A stretch of 50,782 nt of DNA from Thermodesulfobacteriota bacterium. Its GTDB lineage: Bacteria > Desulfobacterota > Desulfobacteria > Desulfobacterales > C00003060. Made by a program: the position numbers and the translations under genes. Shown piece after piece: positions 29,824 to 38,634 of this stretch (within the stretch, counting starts at the first letter, position 1; every line of letters begins with the position of its first letter). The stretch is taken from NCBI GenBank assembly GCA_034189385.1, contig JAXHVD010000029.1:1-50782 (forward strand), written 5' to 3'. The notes under the pieces were generated by a model. That model did not search any database and was not told the DNA's origin. It saw nothing but the letters and a program-made list of their open reading frames with translations.

Positions 29824-30087
29824 ATGACAGATATTGCCACTACAAAGATGTCGTCCAAAGGCCAGGTTGTCATTCCCGAAAGGATCCGCAAAGAACTGAA
29901 TCTGAAACCGGGCAGCCAGTTTGTTGTCGTCGGGGACAAGGATGTGGTGATTTTGAGAGCTATCGAAACACCTTCGATGGGCCAATTCGACGCATTGATT
30001 CGTCGAGCACGTCAGCAGGCCAGGGCTGCGGGGATGAAACGTTCTGACGTAGCTGCTGCCGTCGCAAAGGTGCGGGGTCGTAAATGA
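29824..30087 (+). CDS. AbrB/MazE/SpoVT-family antitoxin
   Basis: TKMSSKGQVVIPERIRKELNLKPG. Confidence 0.92.
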   Translation: MTDIATTKMSSKGQVVIPERIRKELNLKPGSQFVVVGDKDVVILRAIETPSMGQFDALIRRARQQARAAGMKRSDVAAAVAKVRGRK

Positions 30088-30485
30088 GGGTTGTGCTGGA
30101 CACTAACGTGTTCGTTTCTGGAATCTTTTTCGCCGGGCCTCCATATCAAATCCTGAAAGCATGGCAAGAAAAGAGGCTGGATATTGTTGTATCGTCTCCA
30201 ATCCTTGAGGAGTATAGACGCGTTGGCAAAAAACTGTCCGATCAATTCCCAGGAATCGATCTAACCCCAATTCTCGAACTGGTTGCGGCGAGAGCCATGA
30301 TTATTGAGGCTATGGATTTGGCTGAACCGGTCTGCGACGATCCCGACGACGACAAATTCATAGCCTGTGCACTATCTGGCGGAGTCGAATATATCATCAG
30401 CGGAGACAAACACTTGCTAAAGATTTCTGGCTACGAAGGGTTGAGGATAGTCACCCCACGCAAGTTTTTAGACAATTGCCTTTGA
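30084..30485 (+). CDS. PIN-family putative TA toxin
   Basis: MRVVLDTNVFVS, CDDPDDDKFIACA, IISGDKHLL. Confidence 0.93.
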   Translation: MRVVLDTNVFVSGIFFAGPPYQILKAWQEKRLDIVVSSPILEEYRRVGKKLSDQFPGIDLTPILELVAARAMIIEAMDLAEPVCDDPDDDKFIACALSGGVEYIISGDKHLLKISGYEGLRIVTPRKFLDNCL

Positions 30486-30650
30486 GTTTCTTTACGTGTC
30501 AAAGAGTTGTTCTCAGGCACAATCTCAAAAAACAAAGAGCTCTCGTCTTGAGAGCTTCCAGGTGTTTGAAGCATTTGGTCGGAGCGACAACGACCCACTC
30601 ACCTGAATAGGATAGGTCGCTGGGCTTGACCCCGGTGGCCGAACAGGCCT

Positions 30651-30926
30651 TTATCTCAAAGCGACGTGGATTCTTCGACCGACCGCCTTGGCGAATTTTT
30701 CCAGGGTAGAGAGGCGTATATCGGTTGAATGGTTTTCCATGCGAGAAACGACAGACTTGGTGGTTTTCAGGCGTTTTGCAATTTCCTCTTGAGTAAGGCC
30801 GGCTTCAAGACGAGCCTGTCTCAACAGGATCCCCAACTTAAACGTCTCAAGCCGTTCGTCGTATCCCTTCCAGAATTCAGGGTCTTTTTTTATACGTTTC
30901 TTCTTGTATCTTTGGAAGTCGCTCAT
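30651..30926 (-). CDS. HigA-like XRE HTH antitoxin
   Basis: RLEAGLTQEEIAKRLKTTKSVVSRMEN. Confidence 0.9.
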   Translation of the reverse strand: MSDFQRYKKKRIKKDPEFWKGYDERLETFKLGILLRQARLEAGLTQEEIAKRLKTTKSVVSRMENHSTDIRLSTLEKFAKAVGRRIHVALR

Positions 30927-31276
30927 TTTTGTCCCTTTTTGTTGAGATAATCGCGTTTTCGTTTTTCAGCCAACGCAATTTCCCTTTTTGGAGTCTTCTG
31001 AGATTTCTTGGTGAACGCATGGTTCAAAACCACGAGGTCTCTTCCATCAAAAAAGCCCAAGATCCGAAAAGTGTTATTGCCATGCTGAACCCTTACTTCC
31101 CAAATTCCGTCAGTGTCCTTGAGTTTCTTGAAATACTTCTGGGGTACAATATCGATTTGTTCAATTAGATCGAGTACAAAGGCAATCTTTTCAAATTGTC
31201 TATTCGTCAGCGAATCAAAAAACATCTCGACCGGGGATTTCCCGGTTTCGAGCCTGTAAAATGTGATTTTTTGCAT
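30923..31276 (-). CDS. HigB/RelE-family (Gp49/DUF891-like) toxin
   Basis: GKSPVxxF, DGIWEVRV, FRIL, HAFTKKSQKTP; operator palindrome ATGTTCGCATATATGCGAACAT at 31282-31303. Confidence 0.92.
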   Translation of the reverse strand: MQKITFYRLETGKSPVEMFFDSLTNRQFEKIAFVLDLIEQIDIVPQKYFKKLKDTDGIWEVRVQHGNNTFRILGFFDGRDLVVLNHAFTKKSQKTPKREIALAEKRKRDYLNKKGQK

Positions 31277-31410
31277 AGAAGATGTTCGCATATATGCGAA
31301 CATTTGTCAAGCACTGGGTTGCCCGATAGTTGTCTTGACTGGGTTCTTGCGTGAAAGGGGCGAGAGGTACAGGAATGGTGAGTGCCCAGGTTTTGGTGCC
31401 GAGTTCAGGG

Positions 31411-31737
31411 TCAGGTTTTGTCCAAATCCAGGAGGCCTGCATTCAAGAGTCTCTTGGCAATTTCGTATATGTCCTTCTTGTCCCCTTCTTTTCTTATTCC
31501 TGCCGCCAGATTGTAAACAATCACCGTTTGTTTGTCGATCTTGTAGATAATCCTATATCGTCCAGCAGCGTGTACAGAACGGAATCGGGCCAGGTCTTTG
31601 ACCAAGCCCTTTCCCTGCTTGTCCGGTTCATGAGACAGCTTCTCTATTCGATTCAAGATCTCACGCTGTATTATTTTGTCCGGGATTCTTGCGATGAGGC
31701 CGAGGCAGGTGTCGGTGATGAGAACCCTGTAGTTCAA
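31411..31737 (-). CDS. RelE/ParE-family toxin
   Basis: GKGL..LARFRS...GRYRIIY...GIRKEGDKKDIY. Confidence 0.88.
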   Translation of the reverse strand: MNYRVLITDTCLGLIARIPDKIIQREILNRIEKLSHEPDKQGKGLVKDLARFRSVHAAGRYRIIYKIDKQTVIVYNLAAGIRKEGDKKDIYEIAKRLLNAGLLDLDKT

Positions 31738-31997
31738 AGCGCCAGCCTTTTCTGCGCTTCCGAAAGTGAATGGACCCTGCCGGCTCTGACATCCTCAATA
31801 CCCTTTTTTAGATTTTGCATAAGCTCGGGATCAGACAGGATCTCCAGGGTCTCAAGGAGGCCTTCATACAATTCCCAGCTCATGACGGCCATGACTTCCT
31901 TGTTTCGTCTTGTAACGGCAAGGACCTTATCCTTGGCGGCCTCATCTGGGAGTTTCATGAATCTGTTCCTTGCTTCCGTTATGGGTATTCTTTCCAT
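31734..31997 (-). CDS. Phd/YefM-family antitoxin
   Basis: PITEARNRF...AVTRRNK.VMAVMS...ETLEILSDPELM; TGTACA-type operator repeats upstream (~32018-32050). Confidence 0.92.
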   Translation of the reverse strand: MERIPITEARNRFMKLPDEAAKDKVLAVTRRNKEVMAVMSWELYEGLLETLEILSDPELMQNLKKGIEDVRAGRVHSLSEAQKRLAL

Positions 31998-32582
31998 TGG
32001 TAGCCCCCCCCATCAAATGTACATGTGAATGTACGTCAATATGGACATCATGTCAACCGGATTCGTGAAAGCCTTTACGGCGGTGAATACTCCTTTCCAC
32101 AAGGAGGGGACTAAATTCAAACACTCTTGGGCGTACCAAGAAACCCAGGAGGCCGTGCCTACGACAACGAATCCGCGGGTCGCCTCTTCTAAAGGTCACT
32201 TCATGGCGGCCGGCCTCTGAAGCACGGAGGGAAATCTCCGAGTCGGGGGGTCAACTGTCTGGGCTCGGGCTATCTTCTCGCTTTCCAGTTTCCACAGCTT
32301 GTGATATCCATTTGGAATTGTTATTCTTTGACAATTGTAGACAAGGGGTAGGTAATCTACATTCTCTTCTAGGCTGGGACAATCGTCGAATACCTTGGCG
32401 TTGTGCCCCATCTTTTTCGTTGGGGTATTGGCAGGAAAGCGACACTGGTATTGTTTCAGTAGGAGGTCTGGATGTTGCTCTGGTAGTATTGTGATATACA
32501 GAACCCATTGTTATGGGAAAGGGCCGAAGTCAGCATAACATCTGTTGGAGCCCAAAGACCAATTGAAAGGAGACAATTTGAC

Positions 32583-33422
32583 ATGGATTTTAGCAGAGCA
32601 TTCGTAGTGCCTTTGGCGCTGGTGGCCGTGATTAGCTCAGTGTCAGGATGCGTGGCTGTTTCTAGGCACCATAGTAGCAGCGTAGTACAGTACCTTTACC
32701 CGGAGCAGAAAGAGCCGGTTGAGACGCCTGCGATTCCTGTGTTATCTTTGCCACTAAAAGTCGGTATAGCATTTGTTCCAGATGCTTCCGACTGGCAGAA
32801 CAATCTCACCGAAAGAGACAAAATGGACTTGATGAAGGAAGTAAGTGCCCACTTCAAGAAATATGAATTTGTCAAATCAATTGAATTGATCCCTTCTGCC
32901 TATTTGACCCAAAATGGCAGTTTTGGAAACCTGGATCAGATTCGAACCATGTTTGGCATCGATGTCATTGCCCTGCTTTCATACGATCAAACTCAATTTA
33001 CCGATGAAGGATTGGCTTCGATAACATACTGGACATTAATTGGGGCTTACATTATTCCCGGTGAGAAAAACGATACACATACCATGATGGACGCAGCGGT
33101 TTACGACATCAAGAGCCGTAAAATGTTATTTAGAGCTCCAGGGATAAGTCACATAAAGAGTAAAGCGACACCCATAAATGTGACCGAGCAACTACGTATG
33201 GATGGCCTTGATAGTCTAAAGGAAGCGAGCCAAGACCTTGTGAGAAGCCTTGACGAGCAGCTCGCACTTTTCAAAGAAAAGGTCAAGGATACTCCACAAG
33301 ATTACCAAATAGTCCCCAAGCCTGGTTATTCGGGGGGAGGTAGCCTTGATGGCTTATTTATAGTCCTCTTTAGTATTTTGGGCGGTTACTGGTTATGGCA
33401 AAAAAGGAACGGAAAAGTATAA
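32583..33422 (+). CDS. Rhombotarget lipoprotein with GlyGly-CTERM
   Basis: Lipobox VSGC; SSSVVQYLYP; LPLKVGIAFVP; C-terminal SGGGSL + TM helix + basic tail. Confidence 0.9.
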   Translation: MDFSRAFVVPLALVAVISSVSGCVAVSRHHSSSVVQYLYPEQKEPVETPAIPVLSLPLKVGIAFVPDASDWQNNLTERDKMDLMKEVSAHFKKYEFVKSIELIPSAYLTQNGSFGNLDQIRTMFGIDVIALLSYDQTQFTDEGLASITYWTLIGAYIIPGEKNDTHTMMDAAVYDIKSRKMLFRAPGISHIKSKATPINVTEQLRMDGLDSLKEASQDLVRSLDEQLALFKEKVKDTPQDYQIVPKPGYSGGGSLDGLFIVLFSILGGYWLWQKRNGKV

Positions 33423-33424
33423 TT

Positions 33425-34036
33425 ATGCGCATACCAAAAGTCACATGCTTAATCCTTGTAGTAAGCGCAATATCAAGCATTTCACCTCAAATAGCCTCGG
33501 TATTCATTTTTGACCGAAGTGCTATTCTAAAGGGTGAAGTCTGGCGTATTCTGACTTGTCACTTTGTACATTTCTCCAACCTCCATCTAGTTTATAACCT
33601 ATTCGCATTTGGAATTGCCGGATGGATTATTGAAAACAAAGACTATCGTCACTTTGGCCAGCTCTGCATTTTGATGGCTTCACTCATCAGCATATCATTA
33701 TTCATTCTTGAACCCGATGTGAGCTATTATGGAGGTCTGTCGGGAATGGCATGTGGTTCCATTTATTATTGTGCTCTTTGGGGCACTAGTGAAAACCGAT
33801 CTTGGCGAACAATATGCATGTTAGTAATATTCATTGTCCCTATCAAAATCGCAGCCGAAATATGCAATAGTGCGTCAGTATTGCCTTATTGGGGACAACA
33901 AACATTTGTTCCAATGCCAACCAGCCATCTTATTGGCACCGTAGTGGCAACCTTGCACTATCTTATTGATAAATATAAACAAACGGCTCAAGCAAATCGC
34001 TCAACCCGACAGCAAGAAGCTTGGCGTTTCGGATAG
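33425..34036 (+). CDS. Rhombosortase (rhomboid intramembrane serine protease)
   Basis: GEVWRILTCHFVH...HLVYN, YGGLSG (catalytic Ser), SHLIG (catalytic His); adjacent to a GlyGly-CTERM target. Confidence 0.9.
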   Translation: MRIPKVTCLILVVSAISSISPQIASVFIFDRSAILKGEVWRILTCHFVHFSNLHLVYNLFAFGIAGWIIENKDYRHFGQLCILMASLISISLFILEPDVSYYGGLSGMACGSIYYCALWGTSENRSWRTICMLVIFIVPIKIAAEICNSASVLPYWGQQTFVPMPTSHLIGTVVATLHYLIDKYKQTAQANRSTRQQEAWRFG

Positions 34037-34329
34037 TCTTCGCCATTTAGAAATTCAGCGCCAGGTGCGAAAAAGCCCAGCAAAAAGCCCAGGGTCAGAT
34101 CTTAAATATTAATTATTTGGCTTGCCGATCATGTTCACGACCTGTCCCGTCACTGATCATAGGGTGAATCCAAACCATAATTTTAGGGACGCCCTTCAGT
34201 TTTGATTTCTGAGAAGTAACTATCCTTGAGTATTTGAATATGCTATGAGAAACCATGTTTAAAAAGACGAATCCCCAACAAAACTTATTTGGTGTGGACA
34301 CGGAGTTGTCCGAGGGTCACACCACACCT

Positions 34330-34507
34330 GGTAACCCACCAAACCCATTTCTTCCCACCGGTCCCATCTCTTGACTAGGTAGTTTCTGCATCAAAAACTA
34401 GGTAGTTTTTGCAAAAGGATCGTAGTTTTTGCGTCATAACTACCAAGGTTTTTTATGAAAAATGCGCAGGTTTTCCAGTTGAATATATCCTCTTGATTTG
34501 GCACAAG
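34330..34507 (+). promoter_or_regulatory. Upstream block homologous to 1860-1955 with three GTAGTTT boxes and a degenerate promoter
   Basis: Boxes at 34379, 34402 and 34422; 34330-34380 is near-identical to the reverse complement of 1904-1955; TTGAAT at 34479. Confidence 0.65.
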
Positions 34508-34576
34508 CAAATTGGAGGAGTTTGCCAGTCTAAGGTATTCTTTACTATCCTTTGACCCTATTCACCGGAGGTTCAC

Positions 34577-34615
34577 GTGGAGAAACCCCTCAAATGCTGC
34601 CTGCCTGGCTGCTAA
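34577..34615 (+). CDS. Conserved 12-aa leader peptide copy C, MEKPLKCCLPGC
   Basis: GGAGG RBS 5 nt upstream of GTG; TAA stop at the homologous position. Confidence 0.72.
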   Translation: MEKPLKCCLPGC

Positions 34616-34690
34616 CGGGACGTTGTCTGTTGGAAATGGAGAGCTTCGTACCTTCATTATTTTACTTCGACCGTCTGTAAAGGGGAGAAA

Positions 34691-36772
34691 ATGAAAACAA
34701 CAAGGCATTGTCTGGGTTTGGGTGTTTTGAAGGGTGCACTGCTACTGATGACACTAACAGCAGTCTTCATGACACCTTGTGGGTCTGCTTCTGCCACTAC
34801 GCTCATCTTTGAGGAGGACTTCGAGAGCTATGCAGAGGGAAGTAACCTTTTCGGTCAGGGAGGCTGGTTTCATGAGCCTCTTGAATACGGAGTACCAAGC
34901 ACAGATGTGACGTTGGTTGGTACTGGTTCAGGTTTAGGGTCCAAATGTGCAAATGGCAGGCTTGCCCCAGGGCATAGAGGTTATTCCTATATCTCGAACT
35001 TGTTTCTTGATGAAATGAATTTGAACACGGTTTACGTGCTTACCTTTAATGCGTTTGCATCTTCGGGTGATGAATATCCCCGTTCGCATAATTCCGGCGT
35101 GAAGTTTCATTCCAATGAGTGGCGGAATGTTGTTGGGTGGGCCTGTTCTAACAATCCGTGTCAAGGCTATCCCCCAGGACCAGACTATGTTGGGTGGGGG
35201 TTTGGTGCGAGATGGATTGCAGGCGGTGATGTCTCAGACTACCAATATGTGCAACACGACTGGCCAGGTCATTATGACACGCCGGTAACTTTGGTCACGG
35301 TACTAGACCCGGTCAATGAAGAGACTTATGGATTCCTTATTGATGGCGAGGACACCTATGAAACGAACCACTTTGCCATGGATATGTCCCGATTTCTGAC
35401 TATTGATGGGATTCGAATTCAGCAGGATTACAGGTCGCCATGTTTTGCTATGGAGATAGACGACATAAGGCTTATAGCTAATGAAGCCCCGGTAGCTGCA
35501 ACGGTCACGTTCTTTACTGACGAGTCGGATTGGCTTGCCGCAGCTGGAAACGTTGAGGTTTTTTCCGTCACTTCCGCCAACGTAGCAACCGCCGACGAGG
35601 TGACTTCCCCTCCTATTGACTTCGATCCATTGGGCAACACACTGACTTTTCAAGCGGTTAACACTGGACTGTCGCGAACGTTTATCCTTGAAGCCCTTGA
35701 ATCGGGGGCTGAGATCGTTTTCCGAAATGGAAGCTATGTCGAGGAGTTGTCCATCGGTGCTCATGAGGTCCATGAAGATGATGACTGGCAGATGACGTTT
35801 AGCGGAGGTCCAGCCTTGTATGCATTCGCATTTGAGCTGATTGTAAACAATGACCCGGGAGTTGGTGGCGAAGAGTCGTTCTCAGTATATGGGCTTGGTG
35901 GTTCCCTGCTCGACACGGATTCTCCCCCCACTTCGCAGGGAGTGCGCGGGGGGTTCTATGGCGTGGTGTCTGATGTCCCAATTGGGCGTGTTAAATTTAA
36001 TGAGGACACTGGATCTGATGATATTGATCTTGCGGAGTTCAGATTCGGGGGAAACGACGAAGTCCCTATTTCAGACCCATGTGCTGGCCTTGGCGGCGAT
36101 ACTGACGGTGACAAGATCTGCGATGACGGAGATGGTAGCGGAACAGCTGGGGACAATCCTTGTACAAATGGACAAACCAGCAACTGCGACGACAACTGCC
36201 TTCTCACCCCCAATGCTGACCAAGCTGATTCCGACGGCGACGGGATCGGGGACGTGTGTGAAGGTGGATGCATTTGTGATCTGAACTATGACGGTATCTG
36301 CGATGAGCAGGACTTGATTCTATTCGGAGGAAGTCACGGATGGGGTGCTTGGGACTGCAATGAACCTGGAGTGGAATGCCTATGCGACCTGGTGAAGGAC
36401 GATAATGGTACATGCGATGGCTTAGATGGGGCTGCGTTCCAAGAGGCATACTCCAGGTTTGAATGCCGGCTGGGAGACGAACCGGCGGTTCACACCTTAA
36501 TGCCGGCTTCCATTCCCGCCTCTCAACGCGGAATTCCACAAAAAGTAAAAATTAAGGGGCTGAACCTCGGTGCCACCCAGGGCAGTAGCTCATTGCATAT
36601 TGGCGGCAGGACTTGGTTTGCGGGACATCCGAAGATAAAGGTATGGGAGGACGACAAGATCAAATTCAAGGTTCCCAATTACGTGGGCACGTTCCCGAAA
36701 TACAAGGACATATGGGTAACAGTAAACGGTAAAGACAGCAATAAGATGGTACTTGAGATAACGGCACCTTGA
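34691..36772 (+). CDS. Secreted multidomain protein: lectin-like beta domains, TSP3/dockerin-like Ca-binding Cys-rich region, C-terminal IPT/TIG-like domain
   Basis: Signal peptide; FEEDFE; DNC...NADQADSDGDGIGDVC; CDLNYDG; KVKIKGLNLG...WEDDKIKFKVP. Confidence 0.82.
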   Translation: MKTTRHCLGLGVLKGALLLMTLTAVFMTPCGSASATTLIFEEDFESYAEGSNLFGQGGWFHEPLEYGVPSTDVTLVGTGSGLGSKCANGRLAPGHRGYSYISNLFLDEMNLNTVYVLTFNAFASSGDEYPRSHNSGVKFHSNEWRNVVGWACSNNPCQGYPPGPDYVGWGFGARWIAGGDVSDYQYVQHDWPGHYDTPVTLVTVLDPVNEETYGFLIDGEDTYETNHFAMDMSRFLTIDGIRIQQDYRSPCFAMEIDDIRLIANEAPVAATVTFFTDESDWLAAAGNVEVFSVTSANVATADEVTSPPIDFDPLGNTLTFQAVNTGLSRTFILEALESGAEIVFRNGSYVEELSIGAHEVHEDDDWQMTFSGGPALYAFAFELIVNNDPGVGGEESFSVYGLGGSLLDTDSPPTSQGVRGGFYGVVSDVPIGRVKFNEDTGSDDIDLAEFRFGGNDEVPISDPCAGLGGDTDGDKICDDGDGSGTAGDNPCTNGQTSNCDDNCLLTPNADQADSDGDGIGDVCEGGCICDLNYDGICDEQDLILFGGSHGWGAWDCNEPGVECLCDLVKDDNGTCDGLDGAAFQEAYSRFECRLGDEPAVHTLMPASIPASQRGIPQKVKIKGLNLGATQGSSSLHIGGRTWFAGHPKIKVWEDDKIKFKVPNYVGTFPKYKDIWVTVNGKDSNKMVLEITAP

Positions 36773-36798
36773 TTCGGATTAGTAATCTTTCACCACAG

Positions 36799-36829
36799 AA
36801 GGCGGGCTCAGAAATGGGGCCTGCCTCTT
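36799..36829 (+). terminator. Intrinsic terminator (divergent GGCAGGGTCA family)
   Basis: AGGCGGGCTC-AGAAATG-GGGCCTGCCT-CTTG. Confidence 0.65.
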
Positions 36830-36947
36830 GTAGTCATGCCCACATGTAGTATATGTTACATTTAGGGATAATGTTTCATCTCCTGGTAGTTATCTTGATT
36901 TTGTCCCCTTTTTAGATTTTATTCGACTGTCCTCAATTCCCAAGAAT

Positions 36948-37108
36948 CTCTGAAATGCGAGGTCTCCTCTGTCTATCTACACCCCTTGTTTGATCCCGCC
37001 GATTGGCGATCTTGGTATGTTATTCACTCCGCGCACTGCATCGGGCCGAGTGTCGCTCTTGCTATAAGAAGCCAACCTTTTGAAAGGCCCGCATGTTTCG
37101 GGTATTCA
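36948..37108 (+). repeat. Inter-cassette spacer block
   Basis: CTCTGAAATGCGAG, TTGTTTGATCCCGCCGATTGGC (36986) and AACCTTTTGAAAGGC (37074). Confidence 0.85.
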
Positions 37109-37936
37109 TCTCATCTTGTCGTTCCTAAGTCTTCAGGCACCCCTCCACGTCATCCAATCCTGACCCTTGGTTCAACTCATGAATACGGTCTTTCTTCGGG
37201 AAAGATACAGTATCCACAGTATTGATATCGCCTGTGGTAATGCTTTTAATTTGTTATCGACAGAATTCTGGGGCCGGTGGCAAGACGTGCCCTGACCGCA
37301 CTGACATAAGACAATAGGATGAGACACTGACCCCGGCCCCGGTACTGCCGCACCTCATCATGCGTTCAGGCCAGGTGTGAACGAGATGGCAGGGCGAAAA
37401 GACGGATGTCATGCCTACGGGCTGCGAAAACATCACCCCACATAGTGTAAAGGCATTCTCAGGGGAAAGATTGGCACTTCGACCCATTGACCTTTGATTC
37501 ATTACTCTGTCCTAGTCTTTGACGAAGCGGGGAGACTCTGGACCGTTTATCTTTTGCCAAGACAATCGTCTGCGGATATCTGGACGATGTGAGCAAGCTA
37601 TCGGAACCCCCCATACTGCTCTTGCGGCCCCAATATGGACGTAATAGTCGCTTCAACTCCGCCCGTTGTGCACGCCTTCGCAAAAAAGATTGACACCGCC
37701 TAAGGGCCTTGGTATTAGGTCAGCATATTTGCGCACGAGGCATGTGCCGTGCTAGCTAAGAACTCAAAGTGACGCTGTACCTCCCGCTGAGAAGTTGTTT
37801 CCCCTCTCCTGGTCCACGCTGACTCTCTTAAAGGCTATCCACTCCGTAAAAAAGATCGGCACGGTTCGTTTGCCCGATGTCCATGATTATTCAAGTAAAG
37901 CTACACCGTACTTCTACCTGTGGAGCGTATACGCAC

Positions 37937-37975
37937 ATGGAGAGACCCCTGAGGCTCTGCCCACCTAGCTCCTGA
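37937..37975 (+). CDS. Conserved 12-aa leader peptide copy D, MERPLRLCPPSS
   Basis: 39-nt ATG..TGA ORF ending ~25 nt before the riboswitch. Confidence 0.68.
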   Translation: MERPLRLCPPSS

Positions 37976-38000
37976 CAGGACGTTGTGCTCTGTTGGGAGC

Positions 38001-38159
38001 TTCGCCAAGGCCGAACCCATCGTGAGGTGGGGGCGGAAAGCCATGGGTCTCAGTAGCTTCGAGTTGCTGCTGGTTTAGCCGAATCTGGATCTGAAAGAGA
38101 TAGCCGAGTTGCCGAGTGTGACATCGTGAAGGTCACAAAAGGCGTAGCTCGGCTTTTTT
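38001..38159 (+). ncRNA. c-di-GMP-I (GEMM-I, G20) riboswitch with terminator
   Basis: AAGGCCGAACCCAUC-GUGA-GGUGGG GGCGGAAAGCCAUGGGUCUC...GAGAUAGCCGAGUUGCCGAG, then GUAGCUCGGC and U6. Confidence 0.93.
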
Positions 38160-38634
38160 ATTGGTCCATTGATACGGTCTCGGTCAAACGATGACGGTCA
38201 ATCTGCCTGAGACGGAAGACTACGATGTCAAGGTCATCGAATCACCCGTAAGAGAAATCATTTGGGGTAAGAAGTAAGAGGGGGACTACTGTGCCGCATT
38301 GGAAGCTTCCTCAGAGACCGTGGGGACACTCGCTCCGGATCTTGATATAGAATTGCGGCGCAGTTGAGCTGGACTAGCAGGTGGGTCAGATTGGGGACCA
38401 TCATTCCAGATAAGGCTTGCGTCTTCATCTTTCAGTAGTGGCCCGAGGATTAAGCACACGCAGAAGAGCCTCAAAATGTGCTTTCTTGGCTTTCCCGTAG
38501 GCTTTCTTGGATCTTGTCGGAACCCACAGGCAATTCCATGACTTCGTGAGTGCATACTTCAAACATGGGAGGTGATACCCGGAGCCGTAATGGATTTTTC
38601 ATCTTTCACTTTCACTTCAAAAAAGGGGGGCAAC

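Noticed and set aside
34090..34320. REP-like GGGTCAGATCTT word and a short transposase-like N-terminus (MFKKTNPQQNLFG)
   Set aside because: Fragments too short to assign without a database search
37254..37683. Short ORFs, possible RAYT transposase relic (GCHAYGL)
   Set aside because: No intact motif; too degenerate
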